A stretch of DNA of 49,422 nt from Nitrososphaeraceae archaeon (GTDB taxonomy: Archaea; Thermoproteota; Nitrososphaeria; Nitrososphaerales; Nitrososphaeraceae), in the NCBI GenBank assembly GCA_044870765.1, contig JBIOZG010000036.1:1-49422 (forward strand). The letters run 5' to 3'. Of this stretch, positions 10,249 to 18,653 are shown piece by piece. The notes beneath the pieces were generated by a model. It searched no databases. It was not told the origin of the DNA and saw nothing but the letters and a program-made list of their open reading frames with translations. The position numbers and the translations under genes were made by a program. How positions within the stretch are numbered: position 1 is the stretch's first letter; the number at the start of each line of letters is the position of its first letter.

Positions 10249-10513
10249 GAACCAAACAAAAAAATTACGTATTTAATATTTCTTCCTGACCTCTAAAAGA
10301 AAAGTAAAATATTTATACCGTTTTTTCGTTGAAAATAAAACCGTAAATCCGTAACACCACTTCATTCCTGGTGGGCCCATACGTTCAAGAGTTCCAGGGC
10401 CCATCAGTTTAACTTTTTTATATTTTGTTGGCTATGAAATATCTAACCCAGGCCACATGACAAGGATAGAAAATATTCATTTATTTTCGGAGACTTGTTT
10501 GAGGCAAGGGCCA

Positions 10514-10726
10514 CTAGTTGTACATTTGATCAGGATGGGCATAGGTTTTAAACTGTTCTTCCCTGTGCTCATCCACTATCTCTCTAATTTCAACAGTATC
10601 TCCCATTCTAAGTTCTCTTTTGATATCATCATCCTTTTCACGGTCTATTCTCTTTAATCTCTGCATCTCAGTTTTTCTTTTAGGCCTTTTCTTATTCTCA
10701 TTGCCCAATATTGTATCCAATATCAT
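10514..10726 (-). CDS. Small charged hypothetical protein
   Basis: 70-aa ORF with ATG start and protein-like composition. Confidence 0.55.
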   Translation of the reverse strand: MILDTILGNENKKRPKRKTEMQRLKRIDREKDDDIKRELRMGDTVEIREIVDEHREEQFKTYAHPDQMYN

Positions 10727-10951
10727 GAGGATTTTTCTACGCTATGTATTACATCTTCAATCCCTGACTCAAATTTCTGTTCATAAAGAGGGCAGTCGAT
10801 TGAAAGGAAATCTAAAGACAATAAGAAGCAGGACGCGACGAGTTATGGACACAATTACAAACAATAGACAGTTTTCTTGCGGAAATTCAGAATTTCATAA
10901 TAATCAGTCATTATTTAAGATAGGCTTTCATTTCATTAGTTTTTCGGTTAT

Positions 10952-11755
10952 TCAAGAAACTAGAGTCAATCCACCGTCTACGTATAATGTCGTTCCTGTT
11001 ATATAGGACGCTGCAGAGGAGGCAAGAAAAACTGCTACCCGTGCAATTTCCGAAGGTTCACCAATTCGATGCATAGGGATTTTACTTTCTTCCTGCTTTT
11101 TCTTCTTTTCATCTTGCAAGATATCTATATTCATCATAGTTGCTATGGCCCCCGGGGCAATGGCATTGATTCTGATACCTTTATCAGCAACTTCCAATGC
11201 CATGGTTTTGGTTAACATTTCCAAGCCCCCTTTTGAAGCAGCATAGGGGACAGCCAATGGCATCGGAGTAGTCTGATGTACTGAAGAGATATTAATAATC
11301 GAATATTTGCTCAGTTTGACATTTGAATCTCGACTGTAACTTAACATCCTCTTAATAGCCTCACGACTGCAAAGAAAGGAGCCTTTAAGATTTATATCCA
11401 ATACTTCGTCCCATTCACTACTGGTTATATCAGAAGTATTTTTTTCAGGTCCATTTATGCCCGCATTGTTCACAAGTACATCAATATTTCCTAATTCTCG
11501 CTCGGCTACGTCAAGTAGATCCAAACATACTTGTTCTTGACTGATGTCGCCGGGAAACGGAAAAACTTTTACAGATTCATTTACGTTTCTTAAAATTTCG
11601 TCTTTAGTAGATCTCAAATCAACATCATTTCTGGAATTAATCACGACATTATATCCTGATTTCGCAAACTCTAGCGCAATTGACTCTCCAATACCTCTAC
11701 TCGACCCAGTCACTATAGCATTCATTTCACTCAATCCTAATTCTAAATGCGTCAC
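10952..11755 (-). CDS. SDR-family oxidoreductase (glucose 1-dehydrogenase-like)
   Basis: TGSSRGIG, NNAG, ISSVH and YAASK motifs. Confidence 0.93.
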   Translation of the reverse strand: MTHLELGLSEMNAIVTGSSRGIGESIALEFAKSGYNVVINSRNDVDLRSTKDEILRNVNESVKVFPFPGDISQEQVCLDLLDVAERELGNIDVLVNNAGINGPEKNTSDITSSEWDEVLDINLKGSFLCSREAIKRMLSYSRDSNVKLSKYSIINISSVHQTTPMPLAVPYAASKGGLEMLTKTMALEVADKGIRINAIAPGAIATMMNIDILQDEKKKKQEESKIPMHRIGEPSEIARVAVFLASSAASYITGTTLYVDGGLTLVS

Positions 11756-11829
11756 AAAAATTATTAAGCTTAGCAGTGAATTACTGCATTAATTTTATAC
11801 CCTCGTTAATTTTCATTGCCCTTGAGGAT

Positions 11830-12321
11830 TCATTTGAATTCGAAGGCCTGGTGATCGTTTAATTGGTCTTTACTTTGGAACTCCTTTCCACAAAAGCTGC
11901 AAGTATATGTCTTCATTGCTGTTGCCGGTGTTTCGGGATAGTCTTTCCGCTTTTGTCGCCGGTCTATCTTTTCAACCTGCAGGTTCTTCCTAGTTTTGTC
12001 AGAAATTTGGGATTCATTCTTTGCCTCAGAATTCTCTTGTTCCAATGACTTTTTTAATTGATATCTATCATGATACTGCACCGTTCCATTTAATGATCTA
12101 AAGAGAGACACCACATCGTTTTCAACAGAATGGCTCTTCGCATAATCTAGTATCTGAAACTTGTAAGCAGGAAATTGTAATCCCTCGATTCGCCCGATGG
12201 CCCTTTTTATAAAACCCCTGTCTTTGCTCGCTTTGTTTACTGCTGAATGAATAGAAGCTGTGTCCACTTCAGCTTTGTGCTCTGTTGAGTATATCCTATT
12301 GGGTCCATCTGTTTCGTCCAT
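11830..12321 (-). CDS. DUF2795-like domain protein with a C-terminal C2H2-like finger
   Basis: LQFPAYKFQILDYAK segment; YTCSFCGKEF...LNDHQ. Confidence 0.75.
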   Translation of the reverse strand: MDETDGPNRIYSTEHKAEVDTASIHSAVNKASKDRGFIKRAIGRIEGLQFPAYKFQILDYAKSHSVENDVVSLFRSLNGTVQYHDRYQLKKSLEQENSEAKNESQISDKTRKNLQVEKIDRRQKRKDYPETPATAMKTYTCSFCGKEFQSKDQLNDHQAFEFK

Positions 12322-12363
12322 TCTAGTACAACCGCAATAAGTTTTTTAACAGTTTCGATTATC

Positions 12364-12721
12364 CGGGGCGACAGGCTCCGACATAAATTCAAACGGCAGT
12401 ACGGCGATGTCCAGAAACATTTGGACGTTGAAAATTAAATACTTCTTCTTAGGCAACTTTCCTTTTTTTGTTCCCTTCTTATTGCCCTTTCCGATTACAA
12501 TCTTATTAAACTATTGAGTGCCTAGTTAATTCTTCTGTATAAATGGTGTCTCGGGTTTCGGTCCCGTTCCCCGAAGCACTATTGCGGTAAAGGGGAAAGG
12601 CCAAATACGGGACTGGCCGAAAAAAGCCCCTTACCATACAGAAGACTAGCTAATAGTTAATTACCACGAGGGTAGATTTGAAAATTTGACAGCCGTATTG
12701 AAGGAAGGAAAAGTTACCAAG
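12364..12721 (+). ncRNA. Candidate structured non-coding RNA of unknown class
   Basis: No ORF in the track; multiple nested complementary segments whose G-T mismatches pair only on the + strand. Confidence 0.5.
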
Positions 12722-12744
12722 CTACAATTAGTGTGTGCAAGAAT

Positions 12745-13488
12745 CTAGAGTAGTAGCCGTGCTATTGAAATACTAATTAAAATATCTCTTGCCATAGCAT
12801 ATTCTTCCGGGCCAAGTAAATTTATATGCGCATCTGAGGTCCGGCCGAGACTTTTGAAATAGCTCTGGGATTCCACTGACGACACAGGTACTATCCCGTC
12901 GTCAGGACCAGGGATATAAAAATTTCCACCATTACCAAATCCCCAAACATCTGGCAACCAATCTCCGCTAATGGTAAAGTATTTTACGTGAACGTTCCTG
13001 GCCGCTTGCTGAACACCGGCCCCTGGTCTCAAATCCAAAATTGCTGGCGCACAAATATTATTCGATACCGGAAGCGGGGACCCTGCGTTAGGAGTCCCAA
13101 TCATGATTAAATTAGCAATATTGTCTGTTCCATTATCTAGATAAACACGTGCATCCAAGCCTCCTTTACTATGAGCTGCTATGTTCACTTTGTCAGAACC
13201 AGTCAAGTTCAAAATTTTTTGGACTATCCTTTGTAGTTCAACAGCGTGAGAAGTAGCTGAACCACATCTGTCATCATTGGTAAACGTTAGTGTGTAAAAA
13301 GGAATGTTATCTTCAGACAATAGTTTCTCCCATGTACGCCATACTGTCGCGTCCTCCAGATATCCGTGCACCAATAGTACAGGTAGTAATGAAGTCTGAG
13401 AAACTGCTCCTTGGCCAAAGGCAACCGAGATAACAGATAGGCTATTAATTGTGAATAACATTATCTGTAGTCCGGTTTTTTGATTCAT
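12745..13488 (-). CDS. Secreted alpha/beta-hydrolase (lipase/esterase)
   Basis: Signal peptide; LVHG oxyanion motif; AHSKGG nucleophile elbow; GTPNAGS, DGIV and a late His. Confidence 0.9.
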   Translation of the reverse strand: MNQKTGLQIMLFTINSLSVISVAFGQGAVSQTSLLPVLLVHGYLEDATVWRTWEKLLSEDNIPFYTLTFTNDDRCGSATSHAVELQRIVQKILNLTGSDKVNIAAHSKGGLDARVYLDNGTDNIANLIMIGTPNAGSPLPVSNNICAPAILDLRPGAGVQQAARNVHVKYFTISGDWLPDVWGFGNGGNFYIPGPDDGIVPVSSVESQSYFKSLGRTSDAHINLLGPEEYAMARDILISISIARLLL

Positions 13489-13784
13489 ATTAACAGTAAA
13501 TCTCCGAATATTAATAAATAATTAAATAAGCTGTCATTACCATGGGCACAAAACATAATTCCTATCCACTCCTGTTTCTCGCTTAAATACGCTCGCAATA
13601 AGTTGAGTAACAGGCGTATCAGTTACATATTACGCGATTAAATTAACTTTTTATTGTTGTCATTGTGGGTGAATTTTAAATGGCAGAAGAAGGAGAATTA
13701 TGGTATTTGGTCTCTATGTACGTAATAAAGTAGTCCGGGTTATATCCTTCATTTAAGGATTTATCAAGAAGCACATTCATTTGG

Positions 13785-14162
13785 TCACTCACTTTCTATG
13801 AATTTAGCCGAACCCGTAATCTTGGACTTTATGATATAGCGGTGACAATGCTCACCAGGCCTACAATGACATAGTAGAGTTATAATTTCTCCTTTTTTAG
13901 AACGTTTGCGCAGCTCCTCAATTTTAGCAACTGCGTCACTCATTTTCATCTGTGGAAAGAATTTGGACAAATATTTTTTCCAATCCTCTTCGGTCCTTTT
14001 GCTGTCCAACCATTTCTTCAATGTATCTACTTCTGGAGACAGTTCCTTATACCATTCATCGAAATGCCCTTTGCTTATACCTCTGGGCCATTTTCTTGCA
14101 ATTAAAATTCTCGTGCCGTCGGAGGTTTGTTTTGGCGTGTAGATATACATCGTTTTAATCAT
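13785..14162 (-). CDS. DUF488-family protein
   Basis: DGTRILIARKWPRGISK, W..ELSP and ITLLC...CHR motifs. Confidence 0.88.
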   Translation of the reverse strand: MIKTMYIYTPKQTSDGTRILIARKWPRGISKGHFDEWYKELSPEVDTLKKWLDSKRTEEDWKKYLSKFFPQMKMSDAVAKIEELRKRSKKGEIITLLCHCRPGEHCHRYIIKSKITGSAKFIESE

Positions 14163-14436
14163 CTATTACTTTGTCACCAGAATAAGAATTCCAACTATTA
14201 AAGTCGCAGTAACTAAAATTAATGAAAGTACAGTCCACTTAGAGAGGTCGTGAGGATAACTCATTTTCCTGCTTTGCTATTTGATGGATTGTTGAAAATA
14301 AATATCTTCGGACGCTTTATTTGGTAATCATTTTATGACTTCAATATTTGAATTTTCTCAGAAAGAGATAGGAGTGCCGACGATAGATTTGAACTTCAGA
14401 GCTCTAATTCATAAATCATTTTGCCTAATATGCAGT

Positions 14437-14787
14437 ATGAGACGAGCAATAAAAAACAAAACAAACAAGAAGAAAAGGAAATTGAGCTTTGGCTCTGTTG
14501 CTTTGGCGTTATTGATTTCAGTTACTGCCGATGCTCTCGATTACATTGCTGCTCCAATATTTAGTACTCCTATAATTGGTGATGCCTTCGACGTTATAGT
14601 AACGGGAATATTGTACTCGATAACTAAAAGTAAAGTATCTGTTATCATGAATCTGGCAGAATTTATACCGTTTGTAGGCGATTTTCTACCTGTGTACACG
14701 GTTTCCACATTGCTTTGGATTATCAGACAACATGGTTACGAATCTTCTTTTGGAAAATTGCTAGCATTACTTTCTAGTAAACGATGA
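14437..14787 (+). CDS. Small membrane protein
   Basis: Basic N-terminus followed by hydrophobic segments with repeated PIIGD/PFVGD; ATG 14437 preferred over 14335. Confidence 0.7.
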   Translation: MRRAIKNKTNKKKRKLSFGSVALALLISVTADALDYIAAPIFSTPIIGDAFDVIVTGILYSITKSKVSVIMNLAEFIPFVGDFLPVYTVSTLLWIIRQHGYESSFGKLLALLSSKR

Positions 14788-14834
14788 AATTCCTGGCCGT
14801 CGGGATATGACTGAATATTATAGCGGAACAATTT

Positions 14835-14849
14835 CGGGCCCGGAGGGAT
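14835..14849 (-). repeat. 15-bp direct copy of the tRNA-Arg 3' end (att-like)
   Basis: CGGGCCCGGAGGGAT is identical to 16557-16571. Confidence 0.8.
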
Positions 14850-14993
14850 GAATCTGGAATTTCAGATGGGCCCAATATTAGAGTCAATAACAATTAACAT
14901 CCCCTTGGCTCAAACTTATGAATTAAAACTTCGGTATTCGTCTGTCATAAATAACATTCAACATATGAATCTAAAAATCGTGTCAAATTTGAT

Positions 14994-16088
14994 TCACAAA
15001 CCACCGGCTTTTGCATGTTGTATTACACTATTCACTAGCATAGTTGGAGGTATTGGTTTGGTAATGAACTGACTTATCTTAAGTTCTGGTAACAGGGAAA
15101 TAATTTCACGAGAGATATCTAGCGCTGTAATAAATAGAAATTTAATATTCGGCTCGAAGGCCTTTAACTGGTGATATAATTCGAACCCATTCAGTCCTGG
15201 CATTCGAATGTCGGTCACAATTAAATCGTAATAGTGGTAATGCGACTTTATGAAATGTTTGAGCGCATCCTCAGAATTAGTAAACGAGTCGACAATGATA
15301 CCAGCCGACCTGAGCTCATCTCCAAAAACCAACGAAATGTCTGGGTCGTCGTCTATAAGCATTATTTTTAGCAACTTCGGTCCAAAATTGATTTTTATAT
15401 TTGATTGTTCCGTAGGGGTTGCCTGCTCAAATTTTTTAGCGATATGAGACTTGGCTGGGCTAAAAAGATAAACTGGATAAGAATATCTATTTTCCTTCCA
15501 CGTCAGCTCCTTTACCTCTTGAAAGTGGTACCGCCTAGCTAATTTGGGAAAGGAATTAAGAATCCTCCATAAATCCGCGCCAATTGCTATCCCGTTAGGT
15601 GGCGCTTTTTTGTTGATTTTATTGCAAAAGTTAAGAGTTGGTCCAAAAAGGTCGTAGGAAGCATTAAGCACACCAGACCTAGCAACTTCAAGTTTACCAT
15701 AATCGGCACTTATCCTATAAGAGATAGTGGCAGGCAGCTTGTCGTTTATTTCATTACGAGAAGATATCATGCTTAGTAAGCATTCCGCAGCGCTCTCGAA
15801 GGCGGCTTGATTTTCAATGTTACAAGTTTCAGGAAAGAAAAAAATGACACCATCCCCGACTGTCTTTAATATTTTACCACCATAATTCTTCACAATGTCT
15901 GCAATTTCATTGATAAAAACAGCATAAAAGTTCTTGAGTTTCCTAGAACTTTGTAGGTTGGATGTAATCTGCGATGAACCTATTACATCTATAAACGAAA
16001 CGCAGTAAGACTCCGACTTGTTTGAGAAGGTAACTTCTCTCCTGTCTTCCTCTTGTCGGATTTTTGTTGGTAACATACTTTCATCCAT
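14994..16088 (-). CDS. Class III adenylate/guanylate cyclase fused to a C-terminal receiver domain
   Basis: FIDVIGSS, KTVGDG and YDLFGPTLN cyclase motifs; IDDD, TDIRMPG, FITA and KP receiver motifs. Confidence 0.9.
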   Translation of the reverse strand: MDESMLPTKIRQEEDRREVTFSNKSESYCVSFIDVIGSSQITSNLQSSRKLKNFYAVFINEIADIVKNYGGKILKTVGDGVIFFFPETCNIENQAAFESAAECLLSMISSRNEINDKLPATISYRISADYGKLEVARSGVLNASYDLFGPTLNFCNKINKKAPPNGIAIGADLWRILNSFPKLARRYHFQEVKELTWKENRYSYPVYLFSPAKSHIAKKFEQATPTEQSNIKINFGPKLLKIMLIDDDPDISLVFGDELRSAGIIVDSFTNSEDALKHFIKSHYHYYDLIVTDIRMPGLNGFELYHQLKAFEPNIKFLFITALDISREIISLLPELKISQFITKPIPPTMLVNSVIQHAKAGGL

Positions 16089-16205
16089 AGCCGTATAGGC
16101 CTCATATAAGGGTTAGTCGTCAGGATTCGCGTTTACAAATGCTAGAGTCAAAGATATTGCAATACCGAGTTACTCTTGACTTGATAGCGTTTAAATATTC
16201 TTTAC

Positions 16206-16444
16206 TTGAAGGCATAAAGAGAAATATTTTGGTAAAAGAGAAAAGACTATCTGAAAAACGTGAAAAAAATCAAACAGCAAGAAGAATCCTGTCAATTCAG
16301 ATCGCATATTAAGAAAGGATTTTCCTAAGATAACTGATAGGGAATTAAAGAAATTAAAAACCGATGAATCCTATAAGGAGGGATTTCTATTGGCTATACG
16401 GCTTGTTGCCTTCAGAGTTGAAGACTATAGTATATAAGAAATGA
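16206..16444 (+). pseudogene. Frameshifted paralog of ORF 69..308
   Basis: Aligns with the reverse complement of 69-308; at least three 1-nt indels, and the first gives TTG AAG GCA TAA. Confidence 0.88.
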
Positions 16445-16556
16445 TTAATGCAGGCGGATTGCTCGAATTTGTTTACTACTAACGGAGACATGGTAAATAT
16501 TTTATATGATTTTTTTCATTAGGAGGAAAGAACTATTAAAAGCACTGATATCGGAA

Positions 16557-16659
16557 CGGGCCCGGAGGGATTTGAACCCTCGACCTGACGCTTAGGGGGC
16601 GTCCGCGCTATCCATTTTACGCTCATCTCAAAACTTGAAATGACCTGCGCTACGAGCCC
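16557..16659 (-). tRNA. tRNA-Arg(CCT) with a 28-nt intron in the D-loop
   Basis: Acceptor GGGCTCG/CGGGCCC, D stem GCGC/GCGC, anticodon arm GACGC-CCCCTAA-GCGTC, T arm GAGGG-TTCAAAT-CCCTC; 75 nt after intron removal. Confidence 0.93.
16617..16644 (-). other. tRNA intron at non-canonical position 15/16
   Basis: 4-bp helix GCGC/GCGT with 3-nt bulges AGG and AAA; intron hairpin TCATTTCAA/TTGAGATGA. Confidence 0.75.
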
Positions 16660-16680
16660 TTGGAATTTGAAGATGTATGT

Positions 16681-16690
16681 TAATATAAAG
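16681..16690 (-). promoter_or_regulatory. TATA box of the tRNA gene
   Basis: CTTTATATTA about 22-31 nt upstream of the mature 5' end. Confidence 0.55.
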
Positions 16691-16756
16691 ATTCATCCGG
16701 CAGTCAAAATTCATATCATTGCATGCGAATTGCAAATTCAAATTTTGTTACTTTGC

Positions 16757-17515
16757 TCAAATTAGATTAAAAGTAAATAACTCCTTTTTGTATATAGTTC
16801 TAAAACCTAACTTTTTGTAGAATTCGTCATATTTATCTTCAGTCAGAGTCTGCATAACCAGTGTATTGTAGTCATTATCCTTTGCTATTTTTATTGCATT
16901 TCCTATCAATTGCCTTGCCACTCCTTTATTCCTAAAATCTCGAGCAGTTCCCAAACAGTATAGACCTATGTTATTATTTTTTTCAAATAGTAAGCAACAA
17001 CCTACAGGATACGTTCCATGATCCAAATTGAAATGCGCAACTAATAATGTTAGTTTTCTGTAGTGTTTAGAAATAATACTTGTTACTTCATCTTTGATTC
17101 CTAGTGAATCAAAAGACATACAAAAAATATCAATCCACTTTTCTAAATCATGGTTGTAAACTTGGTCTATCTCAATTTTTTTGGTAGTATTCAGTACATA
17201 ATTATTGTCTACGTCAAAACCCAAGATTTTCATAGTGCCGAATTTCGGCATATTCAAATTGATAGAATTCTTTGTATCGCATTTCAAATGTATGTAATAA
17301 GTATTGATGTCACTTGTACGTTTACCTTTTATAGAATTTAGGATTTCAACAACATTGTTACATGGATATCTAATGTTTAATCTATTAAAAAAATAATCAT
17401 CTCCTAGTTTATCGTTTGAAAATAATTCTACGCAATCTATTTTTTGGTATACTCTACTCCAAAGATAACAAAATGATGACTCATTGTCATCGATAAATTC
17501 AATATTCAAGTCCAA
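16757..17515 (-). CDS. GNAT-family N-acetyltransferase
   Basis: LYCLGT..FRNKGVARQLI acetyl-CoA motif and FYKKLGF; start overlaps the upstream gene. Confidence 0.88.
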   Translation of the reverse strand: MDLNIEFIDDNESSFCYLWSRVYQKIDCVELFSNDKLGDDYFFNRLNIRYPCNNVVEILNSIKGKRTSDINTYYIHLKCDTKNSINLNMPKFGTMKILGFDVDNNYVLNTTKKIEIDQVYNHDLEKWIDIFCMSFDSLGIKDEVTSIISKHYRKLTLLVAHFNLDHGTYPVGCCLLFEKNNNIGLYCLGTARDFRNKGVARQLIGNAIKIAKDNDYNTLVMQTLTEDKYDEFYKKLGFRTIYKKELFTFNLI

Positions 17516-18653
17516 AAATTTTCATCATTTTTTTAGCTTCATTCATCTTATTAGGATCCATTACTGTTTGTAGGAATATCGCTAGCGCATTGGGCGTATC
17601 CAGATCATTATCAATATAATTTTTGAATTTTTTAAGCGTATCTGTTTCTTGCACTTTTGAGTCATCAACATAATAGTTCTTGATATCATATTTTTTGTTT
17701 TCATGAGCCGAGTTAGATATCATGTTTCTAATCATGGTGTTTATTCCTTCGAACTTTATTAATTCTGAAATTTTAAAATTTATTATTTTCTTATAATCAA
17801 GCGAATAAAAATAGAGTTTCAGAGTATTTGCATCGAATTTTTTTAATAGATCCCTGACATAAACTGCATTACCAGTAGACTTTGACATCTTTGTACTCTC
17901 GATGTCTAGAATACCGACGTGCATCCAGCACTTTACAGGATTCTTTTTGTGTGAAAGTGCCATAAGTATCGCACGCAGCACTTCGTGGTGTGGGAAGCAT
18001 AAATCAACACCCCCGATATGAATATCATAATTACCATTAAAATGAAACATTGCCACAGCTGTATCTTGGGTGTGCCACCAAGGGGTACCGTTTCCAAAAT
18101 TCTTATCATGGTATTGGGTTCCGTAGTTGTCACTCGTATTCCATAAAAAAATATCCGTAACGTTTCGTTTATTAATATCAATATCATATCTCTGATTCCA
18201 TAATTCCTTTTTGGATAAATGTGAAAGAGCTCCGTAAGATTTGAATTTAGAGGTGTCCAAATATACGTTACCATTTGCAGAATAAGCTAATTTCCGCTTG
18301 ACCAGTTTTCCAATCAAATACTTTGATTCCTGCACATAATCGGTAGCTCTTGCATAATTCAAATTACCTATATCAAGTCTATTCAGATCATCAATTAGGT
18401 TTCTAAATATGAAATCAGAATCGATGTTATTCTCGTACAACTTTGGATCTATATCAGTAATATTTACTATCACATGTGGAATATAGTTTCGCGATTCAAG
18501 TAATCTGCTTATGAGATCGACTAGCACAAAAATTCTTGCATGACCTATATGGCTATTGTCATAAATAGTGGGCCCACATACAAAAATTCTAACAATCTTA
18601 TTCGTAGGCGCTATCGAGATATTACTACGAGTTAGTCTATCAAAAATTATCAA
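17499..18653 (-). CDS. Short cysteinyl-tRNA-synthetase-like ligase (CysRS/MshC family)
   Basis: CGPT, HIGH, NITDID, DIHIGGVDLCFPHHE and KMSKS; only 384 aa. Confidence 0.88.
   Translation of the reverse strand: MIIFDRLTRSNISIAPTNKIVRIFVCGPTIYDNSHIGHARIFVLVDLISRLLESRNYIPHVIVNITDIDPKLYENNIDSDFIFRNLIDDLNRLDIGNLNYARATDYVQESKYLIGKLVKRKLAYSANGNVYLDTSKFKSYGALSHLSKKELWNQRYDIDINKRNVTDIFLWNTSDNYGTQYHDKNFGNGTPWWHTQDTAVAMFHFNGNYDIHIGGVDLCFPHHEVLRAILMALSHKKNPVKCWMHVGILDIESTKMSKSTGNAVYVRDLLKKFDANTLKLYFYSLDYKKIINFKISELIKFEGINTMIRNMISNSAHENKKYDIKNYYVDDSKVQETDTLKKFKNYIDNDLDTPNALAIFLQTVMDPNKMNEAKKMMKIFGLEY

Noticed and set aside
12636-12700. RNase P-like ACAGAA...GCTA and group II intron-like AGCCGTAT motifs
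   Set aside because: The GAGGAAAGTCC-type partner and the domain V return strand are absent
13571-13614. Imperfect hairpin upstream of the lipase gene
   Set aside because: A single short hairpin that could arise by chance
1-16556. Provirus, transposase or integrase genes in the accessory region
   Set aside because: No recognisable capsid, packaging, transposase or recombinase motifs in any ORF
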